64,000 nucleotides of DNA, from assembly GCA_038279365.1 (NCBI GenBank), contig JAYODI010000008.1, positions 32,001 through 96,000 on the forward strand. Reading direction: 5' to 3'. The stretch is from Candidatus Latescibacterota bacterium. GTDB taxonomy: Bacteria; Latescibacterota; UBA2968. The notes under the pieces are model-generated. The model did no database searches. It was given only the letters and a program-made list of their open reading frames with translations, and was not told the origin of the DNA. Below are positions 9,631-18,917 of the stretch, one piece after another (positions within the stretch are counted from its first letter, which is position 1; every line of letters begins with the position of its first letter). The position numbers and the translations under genes were made by a program.

Positions 9631-11034
9631 ATGGGAAAAAGCCTTTTTCATAAAGTATGGGATGCACATGCGGTGCGCACGTTGCCTTCTGGGCAAACCC
9701 AGTTGTTTATTGGCCTGCACTTGGTTCACGAAGTGACAAGCCCACAAGCATTTCAAATGCTGCGCGAGCGCAACCTCAAAGTTGCGTATCCAGACCGTAC
9801 ATTTGCCACCGTAGACCACATTGTGCCTACCCATTCGGTGGCCCGTCCATTTGCCGATGATATGGCCGAAAAAATGATGTCTGCCATTGAAGCAAATGCC
9901 AAAGAATTTGGTGTTTCCCTTTTTGATCTCGACGATGAACGCCAAGGCATCGTACATATTATTGGTCCAGAACTGGGGCTCACCCAACCCGGCATGACCA
10001 TTGCCTGTGGCGACAGCCATACATCCACACACGGCGCATTTGGTGCCATTGCATTTGGCATTGGAACATCTCAAGTTCGCGACGTGATGGCCACCCAATG
10101 CTTGGCCATGGATCCCTTAAAAGTTCGCCGTATTGAAGTGACGGGTTCATTGCAAAAAGGCGTTTATGCCAAAGATGTTATTCTCAATATCATTCGCAAC
10201 CTCGGCGTCAAGGGGGGTGTTGGTTTTGCCTACGAGTTTGCAGGGGAAACCATTGAAGGCCTCAGCATGGAAGAGCGCATGTCTATTTGCAACATGGCCA
10301 TTGAGGGCGGTGCGCGCGCAGGGTATATCAACCCAGACCAAACCACATACGACTACCTCAAAGGCCGCCCAAAATCCCCCCAAGGCGAAGCGTTTGATCG
10401 TGCGGTTGAATGGTGGAAGTCTATGGCATCAGACAAAGATGCCCATTATGACGATGTTTACCAACTCGATGGTTCTGCCCTGGCCCCCACCGTTACTTGG
10501 GGCATCACACCCGGCCAAGCCGTTTTTGTAGACGAAAAGATTCCTGCACTTACAGATTTGCAAGATGATGACCGAGATGTTGCCACAGAAGCCTATGAAT
10601 ACATGGGCTTAAAGCCCAATGCACCCATTGCGGGTATGCCCATCAATGTGGCCTTTATTGGTTCTTGCACCAACGGCCGCATATCCGACTTACGAGAAGC
10701 CGCAAAAATTGTCAAAGGCCACAAAGTTTCTCCCAAAGTAAAAGCCCTCGTGGTACCAGGGTCCAAGCAAGTGCTCAAAGCAGCTGAAGCCGAAGGGTTG
10801 CACGAAATCTTCATAGAAGCAGGGTTTGAATGGCGTGGTGCCGGATGTTCCATGTGTTTGGCCATGAACCCCGACAAATTACAAGGCCGCGAAGTCTGTG
10901 CCTCATCCAGCAACCGCAATTTTAAAGGTCGTCAGGGTAGCCCCACTGGGCGCACCCTCCTTATGAGCCCAGCAATGGTTGCCGCAGCAGCACTTGCTGG
11001 TGAAGTCACAGACGTCCGTTCATTGTTGAATTGA
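9631..11034 (+). CDS. leuC: 3-isopropylmalate dehydratase large subunit
   Basis: [45 protein letters not shown]. Confidence 0.97.
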   Translation: MGKSLFHKVWDAHAVRTLPSGQTQLFIGLHLVHEVTSPQAFQMLRERNLKVAYPDRTFATVDHIVPTHSVARPFADDMAEKMMSAIEANAKEFGVSLFDLDDERQGIVHIIGPELGLTQPGMTIACGDSHTSTHGAFGAIAFGIGTSQVRDVMATQCLAMDPLKVRRIEVTGSLQKGVYAKDVILNIIRNLGVKGGVGFAYEFAGETIEGLSMEERMSICNMAIEGGARAGYINPDQTTYDYLKGRPKSPQGEAFDRAVEWWKSMASDKDAHYDDVYQLDGSALAPTVTWGITPGQAVFVDEKIPALTDLQDDDRDVATEAYEYMGLKPNAPIAGMPINVAFIGSCTNGRISDLREAAKIVKGHKVSPKVKALVVPGSKQVLKAAEAEGLHEIFIEAGFEWRGAGCSMCLAMNPDKLQGREVCASSSNRNFKGRQGSPTGRTLLMSPAMVAAAALAGEVTDVRSLLN

Positions 11035-11044
11035 GAGGTTAATT

Positions 11045-11644
11045 ATGAGTAAAATCGTTTCGATGATACAATCTATCGACGGTCGTGGCATTCCAGTGCG
11101 CGGCAACGACATTGACACAGATCGCATCATACCTGCCCGATATTTGCGAGCCATTACCTTTGAAGGTTTGGGTGAGCATGCATTTGAAGATGATCGCAAA
11201 TCGGACCCCAACCACCCCTTTGACAAAGCACAATATCAAGGGGCGAAAGTGCTCATTGTCAATGGCAACTTTGGGTGTGGTTCATCGCGCGAACACGCTC
11301 CTCAAGCCCTCCAAAAATGGGGCATTGAAGCCATAATAGGTGAATCGTTTGCCGAAATTTTCCAAGGCAACTGCACGGCCATGGGCGTTCCGTGTTTAAC
11401 GGCTCCAGCCGCCGACATTGCCAAAATTCAGAATGCCGTTACAAATAACCCACAACAAGAAATGACTGTGGATCTTAAAACCCGCAAATTGACCTGCGGA
11501 GATCTCGAAATTGACTTAAAAATTCCAGACGGAAACCGCCTGCAACTCATAGAAGGTGCGTGGGATGCCACAGGCATGTTATTAGAAGGTCAAGATGCAG
11601 TAAAAGATATCGCCCAAAAACTACCTTATGTATCAGGCTTTTAA
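11045..11644 (+). CDS. leuD: 3-isopropylmalate dehydratase small subunit
   Basis: DIDTDRIIPAR, NFGCGSSREHAP, SFAEIF. Confidence 0.96.
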   Translation: MSKIVSMIQSIDGRGIPVRGNDIDTDRIIPARYLRAITFEGLGEHAFEDDRKSDPNHPFDKAQYQGAKVLIVNGNFGCGSSREHAPQALQKWGIEAIIGESFAEIFQGNCTAMGVPCLTAPAADIAKIQNAVTNNPQQEMTVDLKTRKLTCGDLEIDLKIPDGNRLQLIEGAWDATGMLLEGQDAVKDIAQKLPYVSGF

Positions 11645-11649
11645 ACCTT

Positions 11650-11676
11650 AAGGCCTGCAAATGCAGGCCTTTTTTT
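11650..11676 (+). terminator. Intrinsic terminator after leuD
   Basis: AAGGCCTGCA-AA-TGCAGGCCTT followed by a T-run. Confidence 0.85.
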
Positions 11677-11776
11677 GAATCTATCACGATTATGCATACA
11701 CACACAACCACAGACAGGAGCCATCATCCGGGCGATCATCAACGCCCGGTGGCCATTGGGTTGGGAAATAAGGCGC

Positions 11777-11806
11777 TTGCACACAAACACGTGGGTGTTT
11801 TATAAA
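11777..11806 (+). promoter_or_regulatory. Putative sigma70 promoter for the cimA operon
   Basis: TTGCAC-18 nt-TATAAA. Confidence 0.5.
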
Positions 11807-11886
11807 ATTTATCCGTCACAATCCTTTCTGTTCGGATAAACGACACCCTGTTTTCCCTTTAAATAACCCAACCAAAAGGAATAACC

Positions 11887-13485
11887 ATGTCTGAATTTGT
11901 ACAAATATATGATTCTACACTCCGCGATGGCGCACAGGCAGAAGGCATCTCTTTTTCTGTTGAAGACAAAGTGATGATTGCCCAAAAGCTTGATAATTTG
12001 GGTGTACATTACATCGAAGGCGGTTGGCCAAATCCAACCAATCCCAAAGACCTCGAGTTTTTTCAACGTGCCCTCGATATGGAATTTAAAAATGCCAAAA
12101 TCGCCGCCTTTGGCAGTACGCGCAGAGCCAACAACCCACCCGAAGATGATGCCACCTTGACCACCTTGCTCAAAGCAGGCACCAAAGTCACCACCATTTT
12201 TGGCAAAACGTGGACATTGCACGTCACCGATGCATTGCGCATCACCTTAGATGAAAACTTGCAAATCATTGAAGATTCGTGCGCGTGGTTAAAAGAAAAT
12301 GGTCGTGAAGTCGTCTATGATGCCGAACATTTTTTTGATGGTTACAAAGCAGACCCAGTTTATGCCCTAAACACCCTTTTGGCAGCCCAAGAGGGTGGCG
12401 CAGAAATTCTCGTTTTGTGCGACACCAATGGGGGCACAATGCCTTCAGAAGTACGCAGCATCATCCAAGCCATCCAACCCAAGCTCAACGTGCCATTGGG
12501 TATCCATACCCACAACGACGCGGGCATGGCCGTGGCCAACAGCATTATGGCCCTTGAATTGGGTGCCATTCAGGTGCAAGGTACCTTCAATGGATATGGC
12601 GAACGATGTGGCAATGCCAATTTGTGCTCGGTGATCCCCAACGTCGAATTAAAACTTGAAAAAAAATCCATTGGTGCCGAAAATCTGACCAAGCTCATGG
12701 AATTGTCGCGGTTTATCAGTGAAATTGCCAATGTGTATCACGATCACAGACAGCCCTATGTGGGTGAAAGTGCCTTTGCGCACAAAGGTGGGGTGCATAT
12801 CGACGCCATGATGAAACAACCCGCGACCTATGAGCATTGTGATGCAACAGCCGTTGGCAACCAACGCAGGTTTTTACTTTCAGAGCAATCTGGAGGCGCA
12901 ACAATTGCGGCCAAACTCGATCATTTAATTCCTGGCTTAGACAAACGCCACCCCACCGTTCAAAAACTGTTGCAACAAATCAAACAGCTTGAGCACGAGG
13001 GCTATGTTTTTGAGGCCGCTGAAGCATCTTTCGAAATTTTGGCGCGACGCGTTTTGGGCACCATCCGCTCTCCGTTCAAATTGATCAACTACCGCACATT
13101 TAACCACCGATCCACGCGCAGCAGCGAAGTGGAAGCCATTGTTAAAATTGAAATCGAAGGAAAAGTTTATCACACAGCAGGCGATGGTGATGGCCCAGTT
13201 AATGCATTGGATGCTGCGCTTCGCCAGGCCTTAGAGCAGGTCTATCCCTCACTTAAAGATGTCCATCTCGAAGACTATAAAGTGCGCGTACTCTCAAGCG
13301 AAGATGGCACCGCTGCCAAAGTGCGTGTGCTTATTGAGTCTTCAGACCGCAAACGCGTTTGGAGCACCGTAGGTGTATCCGAAAATATTATTGAAGCCAG
13401 TTGGATCGCATTGGTAGATAGTTTTACATTCAAACTCATGCGCGACGGTTTGATTACCGTCAAAACAGAACCCCTGACAGTCTGA
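11887..13485 (+). CDS. cimA: (R)-citramalate synthase (LeuA/CimA family)
   Basis: YDSTLRDGAQAEGISFS, YIEGGWP, YDAEHFFDG, NGYGERCGNA, AFAHKGGVH, STVGVSENIIEASW. A second LeuA-family paralogue carrying CimA-clade motifs. Confidence 0.85.
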   Translation: MSEFVQIYDSTLRDGAQAEGISFSVEDKVMIAQKLDNLGVHYIEGGWPNPTNPKDLEFFQRALDMEFKNAKIAAFGSTRRANNPPEDDATLTTLLKAGTKVTTIFGKTWTLHVTDALRITLDENLQIIEDSCAWLKENGREVVYDAEHFFDGYKADPVYALNTLLAAQEGGAEILVLCDTNGGTMPSEVRSIIQAIQPKLNVPLGIHTHNDAGMAVANSIMALELGAIQVQGTFNGYGERCGNANLCSVIPNVELKLEKKSIGAENLTKLMELSRFISEIANVYHDHRQPYVGESAFAHKGGVHIDAMMKQPATYEHCDATAVGNQRRFLLSEQSGGATIAAKLDHLIPGLDKRHPTVQKLLQQIKQLEHEGYVFEAAEASFEILARRVLGTIRSPFKLINYRTFNHRSTRSSEVEAIVKIEIEGKVYHTAGDGDGPVNALDAALRQALEQVYPSLKDVHLEDYKVRVLSSEDGTAAKVRVLIESSDRKRVWSTVGVSENIIEASWIALVDSFTFKLMRDGLITVKTEPLTV

Positions 13486-13506
13486 CCCTTATTCAACGAG
13501 AAAAAC

Positions 13507-14679
13507 ATGCAAATCAACTCCCGCCGCATTGACCGGCTCCCACCTTACGTTTTTCACCAAGTAAATGCACGCAAAATGCAATTGCGTCGCAAAGGCGTAG
13601 ACATTATAGACTTGGGCATGGGCAATCCTGACCAACCCACGCCCCAACACATCGTAGACAAATTGCTCGAAGTGGTTCAAGACCCCACCACCCATGGGTA
13701 TTCACCTTCGGCAGGTATTCCAGGCCTAAGACGCGCCATTTGCCGACATTACAAGCGAAAATTTGACGTCGATTTGGACCCAGATACAGAAGCCATTGTA
13801 ACCATTGGCTCCAAAGAAGGCTTGGCACATATTTGTTTGGCATTGCTCGACCCAGGTGATTTGGCCATTGTACCCAACCCCGCTTACCCACTTCACATGT
13901 ATGGGGTTGCCATAGCCAATGGCAATGTGCTCAGCTTGCCTTTGCGGCCAGACAAAAATTTTATACCCGATTTGCAAATGATGTCCAAAGAACTGTGGCC
14001 CAAACCCAAAGTTATGATCTTTAACTTTCCACACAATCCCACCACTGCAACCGTGGACATCTCTTTCTTTGAAGAATTGGTCGATTTTGCACGTCGGCAA
14101 GACATCATCATTATTCACGACATGGCTTATTCAGACATCGCCTACGATGGTTTTAAAGTACCCAGCTTGCTTCAAGTCAAAGGGGCCAAAGAAATAGGTG
14201 TCGAGTTCTACACCATGTCCAAATCTTACAACATGGCCGGTTGGCGTGTAGGATTTTGCCTGGGCAACCCCGATGTCATCAAAGCCTTGTCCATCATCAA
14301 AAACTACTACGACTACGGCGTTTTCACCCCCATTCAAGTTGCAGCCATCTCCGCTTTAGATGGGCCACAAGACTGTGTCCGTGAAGCAACAGCCATGTAT
14401 CAGGGACGGCGCGACACCCTTGTGGATGGTCTCAATCGCATCGGTTGGCCCGTAAACAGCCCCAAAGCCTCCATGTTTGTTTGGGCAGAAATTCCTGAAA
14501 AATACAAGCACCTTGGGTCTATGAACTTTGCCCTCAAGCTTATGGAAGAATCTGAAATTGCAGTGGCACCCGGTATAGGATTTGGAGATCAGGGTGAAGG
14601 ATATGTGCGTATCTCTTTGGTCGAAAATGAACATCGTATTCGTCAAGCCGTGCGCAACATCAAACGCTCACTGTTTTAG
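13507..14679 (+). CDS. alaC: PLP-dependent class I/II aminotransferase, AlaC-like
   Basis: RIDRLPPYVF, DIIDLGMGNPD, TIGSKEGLAH, SKSYNMAGWRVG, ENEHRIRQA. Confidence 0.75.
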   Translation: MQINSRRIDRLPPYVFHQVNARKMQLRRKGVDIIDLGMGNPDQPTPQHIVDKLLEVVQDPTTHGYSPSAGIPGLRRAICRHYKRKFDVDLDPDTEAIVTIGSKEGLAHICLALLDPGDLAIVPNPAYPLHMYGVAIANGNVLSLPLRPDKNFIPDLQMMSKELWPKPKVMIFNFPHNPTTATVDISFFEELVDFARRQDIIIIHDMAYSDIAYDGFKVPSLLQVKGAKEIGVEFYTMSKSYNMAGWRVGFCLGNPDVIKALSIIKNYYDYGVFTPIQVAAISALDGPQDCVREATAMYQGRRDTLVDGLNRIGWPVNSPKASMFVWAEIPEKYKHLGSMNFALKLMEESEIAVAPGIGFGDQGEGYVRISLVENEHRIRQAVRNIKRSLF

Positions 14680-14742
14680 CATTTAATCCATGCATCAACT
14701 GCACCCACTCATCATCTTGTGCCATTTTCATCGAGGTGTATC

Positions 14743-15939
14743 GTGAACATAACCGAAGGCAGCATCCACCCACCCAAAGGCTTTAAAGCTATTGGCATAC
14801 ACTGTGGCCTCAAACCCAACGAAGCCAAAGATTTTGCAATGATCGTTTCTGATCGCCCCGCCACAGCAGCCGGCACCTTCACAACCAACCGTGTATATGC
14901 TGCTCCGGTTGCGGTCAATCGCGAACATTTGAAAAATGGCCGGGCGCAAGCCATAGTTGTCAACAGCAAAAATGCCAATGCCTGTACGGGTGAACAAGGC
15001 ATGGCAGATGCACGCCAAACCGCCAAATGGGTTGCTGAAAAAGTAGGATGCCCCGCCGAAGATGTGCTGATCAACTCCACGGGTGTCATAGGGGTACCCT
15101 TGCCTTTAGATAAAATTAAACATGGTATTGAAACCGCATTTCCTGCCCTTAGGGACAATGGCTGGGAGGATGCATCACAGGCCATTATGACAACCGATAC
15201 AGTGCCCAAAAAGGCAACGTTACAACTCTCATTGGGTGGCAAAACCATTACCATCTCTGGCATCGCCAAAGGTGCTGGCATGATTGCGCCCAACATGGCC
15301 ACCATGCTCTCTTTTATCGCCACCGATGCCAAGCTTTCAGCCCAACAAACACAGTCTGTACTTAAAAAAGCCGTCGTTCAGTCATTTAACTGCATCACGG
15401 TAGATGGTGACATGAGCACCAACGACACCGTGCTCTTTTTGGCCAATGGCGCAGCCGAAAACAACGACCTCTCCGAATCCGAAATTGAAACATTCCAAAC
15501 CGCTCTCAACGGTGTGTGTGAAAGCTTGGCCAAGCAAATTGCACGCGATGGCGAAGGGGCCACCAAACTTATTACCATTCACGTAACAAATGCCTCTACA
15601 TTTGACAATGCACGCACCATTGGCCTTTCGGTAGCCAATTCAAGCTTGGTCAAAACCGCCGTCTTTGGTCGCGACCCCAATTGGGGCCGTATTTTGTGTG
15701 CCGTAGGTTATGCAGGTGTCGATATTGATCCACAAAAAGTAACGGTTTCTATGGCGGGTATCCCCATTTATGGAAATGGGGGTGGCCTTCCCTTTGATAA
15801 AAAACAAGCCATTGAAGCCCTTGGGGCCTCAAACATCGACATCGACATTGCCCTCAACAACGGTGACGCCTCAGCAACGCTTTACACCTGTGACCTCACC
15901 TACGAATACATTCGCGTCAATGCCGAATACACCACCTAA
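14743..15939 (+). CDS. argJ: Bifunctional ornithine acetyltransferase / N-acetylglutamate synthase
   Basis: NANACTG, IMTTDT, KGAGMIAPNMATML autocleavage site, DGEGATK, DPNWGR. GTG start after GAGGTG. Confidence 0.95.
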   Translation: MNITEGSIHPPKGFKAIGIHCGLKPNEAKDFAMIVSDRPATAAGTFTTNRVYAAPVAVNREHLKNGRAQAIVVNSKNANACTGEQGMADARQTAKWVAEKVGCPAEDVLINSTGVIGVPLPLDKIKHGIETAFPALRDNGWEDASQAIMTTDTVPKKATLQLSLGGKTITISGIAKGAGMIAPNMATMLSFIATDAKLSAQQTQSVLKKAVVQSFNCITVDGDMSTNDTVLFLANGAAENNDLSESEIETFQTALNGVCESLAKQIARDGEGATKLITIHVTNASTFDNARTIGLSVANSSLVKTAVFGRDPNWGRILCAVGYAGVDIDPQKVTVSMAGIPIYGNGGGLPFDKKQAIEALGASNIDIDIALNNGDASATLYTCDLTYEYIRVNAEYTT

Positions 15940-15964
15940 CCCTTTTTTAATTTCTAATAGCCCT

Positions 15965-17161
15965 ATGTCCTTTGCCCAACGCGTCTTAAACATTCAAGCT
16001 TCCGCCACTGTCGCAGCATTTGCACGAGCAGGCGAACTCAAACGCCAAGGAATCGACCTCGTTTCCCTTGTGGCTGGCGAACCCGACTTCGACACCCCCG
16101 AACACATTCAAAATGCGGGTATCGAAGCCATTCGCCAAGGTAAAACCAGATACACAAACCCCGCTTCTGGCATCCCCGAACTAAAAGAAGCCATTTGTAA
16201 CAAGCTCCAAAAAGACAACGGCTTATCATATACGCCCCAACAAATCATTGTCACGTGTGGGGCAAAACAAACGATTTTTGACGCCATTGTCGTTTTAATA
16301 GAAGAAGGCGATGAAGTCATTATTCCTGCGCCTTATTGGACAAGCTACTCAGACCAAGTCCGCCTCATGGGGGGGCATCCTGTCATTATCCCCACAGAGG
16401 CCAGTCGTAACTTTTGTATGACTGCGCGCCAGTTGCAAGAAGCCATAACACCCCGCACAAAAATGGTGATGCTGAATAGCCCTTGCAATCCAACGGGTGG
16501 CGTTTATACGAGAAACGAATTACATGCACTTGCCGATGTAATTGCCAGTGCTGGTATTTATGTCATTACAGATGAGATCTACGAAAAATTGCTCTATGAT
16601 GGTGCCGAACATGTTTCCATAGCCACCTTGTTGCCTGAACTCATGGACAAAACCCTTACGGTTAATGGCGTTTCCAAAGCATATGCCATGACCGGTTGGC
16701 GCGTGGGATATGGTGCTGGCCCCCAAGCCTTAATCACCCATATGATCAAAATACAAAGCCAAGAAACCACCAACACCTGCAGCATCTCCCAATACGCTGC
16801 ACTGGCCGCACTCAATGGCCCTCAAGATTGTGTTGAAACCATGCGGGTCGCGTTTGAAAAACGGCGTGATCAATTTGTTGATGGCCTCAATGCCATACCC
16901 GGTTTTCAATGCCCCACACCACAAGGGGCTTTTTATGCCTTTCCCGATGTCACCCAACTTATTGGCAAGTCAAGTGCTTGGGGCAAAATCAACTCCGATA
17001 TAGATCTTTGTAATTTTTTACTCGATGAAGCGCGCGTAGCCTGTGTGCCAGGAGCAGGTTTTGGAACCATGAACTATTTGCGCTTTTCGTATGCCGCATC
17101 TTCCCAAGACTTACAAGAAGCTCTAAGTCGTATCAAAACAGCCATTACCCAATTGAACTGA
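15965..17161 (+). CDS. aspC: Aspartate aminotransferase-like PLP enzyme (class I/II)
   Basis: [38 protein letters not shown]. Confidence 0.8.
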   Translation: MSFAQRVLNIQASATVAAFARAGELKRQGIDLVSLVAGEPDFDTPEHIQNAGIEAIRQGKTRYTNPASGIPELKEAICNKLQKDNGLSYTPQQIIVTCGAKQTIFDAIVVLIEEGDEVIIPAPYWTSYSDQVRLMGGHPVIIPTEASRNFCMTARQLQEAITPRTKMVMLNSPCNPTGGVYTRNELHALADVIASAGIYVITDEIYEKLLYDGAEHVSIATLLPELMDKTLTVNGVSKAYAMTGWRVGYGAGPQALITHMIKIQSQETTNTCSISQYAALAALNGPQDCVETMRVAFEKRRDQFVDGLNAIPGFQCPTPQGAFYAFPDVTQLIGKSSAWGKINSDIDLCNFLLDEARVACVPGAGFGTMNYLRFSYAASSQDLQEALSRIKTAITQLN

Positions 17162-17171
17162 GAGCCCCAAC

Positions 17172-18134
17172 ATGAACGATGCCCCATACCTCGACTTTGA
17201 ACAGCCCCTCAAAGATATTGATGAAAAAATTCAAGCCCTACAAGCACAAGCTGAGGCCGAAAACCTCGACATGTCTGAAGAAATTCAGGCACTAAAAGAC
17301 AAACGCGCAAAAACAGAGCATGATATTTTTGACAATTTGACACGTTGGCAAAAATATCAATTGGCTCGCCACCCACAGCGCCCCTACTCATTAGATTACA
17401 TTGCACATTGTTTAACAGACTTTGTAGAACTCCATGGCGATCGCTTTTACGGTGATGACCAAGCCATTGTTGGAGGTCTTGCCAAACTCGACGGTGAACC
17501 CATTGTGGTTATTGGGCAACAAAAAGGACGCAACACCAAAGAAAACCTCAAAAGGAACTTCGGTCTGCCCCATCCAGAAGGATATCGCAAAGCATTGCGC
17601 CTCATGCGTTTGGCTGCCAAATTTAACCGACCGATTTTAACGCTCATTGATACGCCTGGGGCTTTTCCTGGTTTGGCTTCTGAACAAAGAAGCGTCTCTG
17701 AAGCCATTGCACGTAACTTGGTTGAAATGGCACGGTTGCCAGTACCTATTATTGTGGTCATTATTGGTGAAGGGGCAAGCGGGGGTGCATTGGGTATTGG
17801 TGTAGGTGATCGCATTCTCATGCTTGAAAATGCGTGGTACTCTGTTATCAATCCAGAATCCTGCTCACTCATCTTATGGCGCAATCGCGATCAAAAAACA
17901 GTGGCAGCCGAAGCCATGAAAATTGCCGCTGAAGACCTCATAGAACTAAAGGTCATTGATCGCATTGTTCCTGAACCATTTGGTGGTGCCCATCGCAATC
18001 ATCAAGAAGCAGCCAAAAATTTAAAAGCGGAAATCATTAACGCACTCAAAGAAATTCGCAAAATTCCCATATCCAATCTTACAAAGTTACGCGTTGAAAA
18101 ATTTGCACAAATGGGTGCTTGGGAAGCAGAATAA
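17172..18134 (+). CDS. accA: Acetyl-CoA carboxylase carboxyltransferase alpha subunit
   Basis: [42 protein letters not shown]. Confidence 0.97.
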   Translation: MNDAPYLDFEQPLKDIDEKIQALQAQAEAENLDMSEEIQALKDKRAKTEHDIFDNLTRWQKYQLARHPQRPYSLDYIAHCLTDFVELHGDRFYGDDQAIVGGLAKLDGEPIVVIGQQKGRNTKENLKRNFGLPHPEGYRKALRLMRLAAKFNRPILTLIDTPGAFPGLASEQRSVSEAIARNLVEMARLPVPIIVVIIGEGASGGALGIGVGDRILMLENAWYSVINPESCSLILWRNRDQKTVAAEAMKIAAEDLIELKVIDRIVPEPFGGAHRNHQEAAKNLKAEIINALKEIRKIPISNLTKLRVEKFAQMGAWEAE

Positions 18135-18206
18135 CGCCCACAGTGTTCTATACAAATATGAACACCACACATTCAATTATTCAGATTTTCAGAATTACAT
18201 ACACCA

Positions 18207-18252
18207 AAAAAAAATTTGGTACTTCTGTTTTTAGAAGTACCAAATTTTTTTT
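18207..18252. terminator. Long inverted repeat / bidirectional terminator after accA
   Basis: A8-TTTGGTACTTCT-loop-AGAAGTACCAAA-T8. Confidence 0.8.
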
Positions 18253-18331
18253 ATGGTCACCAATACGCTTAAGTTTCAAGACCTTATTTACATTGCGCAC
18301 AGTCGCGTGACAAATTCGCATAAATAAGTGC

Positions 18332-18360
18332 TTGACTCCCCCTTCCCAGCCGTATATATT
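18332..18360 (+). promoter_or_regulatory. Near-consensus sigma70 promoter
   Basis: TTGACT-17 nt-TATATT. Confidence 0.7.
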
Positions 18361-18678
18361 CTACTTGTGATTTGCAGACATAACATGTCGTATCTCGCAT
18401 ATTTTAAATACATTTACAACATTTTTTTACTTGGTATTTCTGTGTCCAAAACTTAAGGTTCGGTACTCGGATTGTACGATTCAAAATGTTGTATTTGAAA
18501 GCATTTCACACACCGATTTATCATTCATAAAAATGCCATAAGTGAAAGTATCCCACGCTTTTGCGCCAACGGAAAATTTGAAAATAACGATCATTTTCAT
18601 CTCAAATTCCCCCAGTTTTTCGTGGCTGGCTTTTTTCAAAAAAAGTAAATTTATAGACACCCATAGCAAGTTCGGTTC

Positions 18679-18878
18679 GGGTGGATAGAGGTTCGCCAAA
18701 ACCTCAAGCCCTGGATTGTTCCAGGAAAAAACCGATGTATTCTTCGAGCGGTTCACAGTGGCGTTACCGGGGGAGATAATGCTACGGTCCATAACCGATT
18801 CCTTGGAGAATTAATCATCCGAATTTTGATGCATCACAATTCGCAAAGGCAGAACGGATGAGGCATCTCTATCCACCC
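18679..18878 (+). ncRNA. ssrS: Probable 6S RNA
   Basis: A 200-nt element closed by a perfect 12-bp terminal stem (GGGTGGATAGAG / CTCTATCCACCC). Internal segments GTTCGC, CCGAT, GTGGCG...ATGCTACGGTCC and GGCATCTC recall enterobacterial 6S RNA (from memory). A strong terminator follows immediately. Confidence 0.8.
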
Positions 18879-18887
18879 CTCTAAAAT

Positions 18888-18917
18888 AAAAGGGCGACCC
18901 AATCGGGTCGCCCTTTT
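18888..18917. terminator. Bidirectional terminator between the 6S-like RNA and comEC
   Basis: AAAAGGGCGACCC-AATC-GGGTCGCCCTTTT. Confidence 0.9.

Noticed and set aside
14712-15332. Long antisense or alternate-frame ORFs (also 1217-1855, 19047-19676, 19685-20326, 51495-52352)
   Set aside because: They overlap well-supported genes and are typical shadow ORFs with no motifs of their own.
18305-18322. CRP-like site CGTGA...TCGCA upstream of the 18332 promoter
   Set aside because: The spacer is 5 nt rather than 6 and both half-sites are imperfect.
18481-18792. 103-aa minus-strand ORF in the accA-comEC gap
   Set aside because: It overlaps the 6S-like RNA antisense, lies beyond the comEC terminator, and has no recognisable features.
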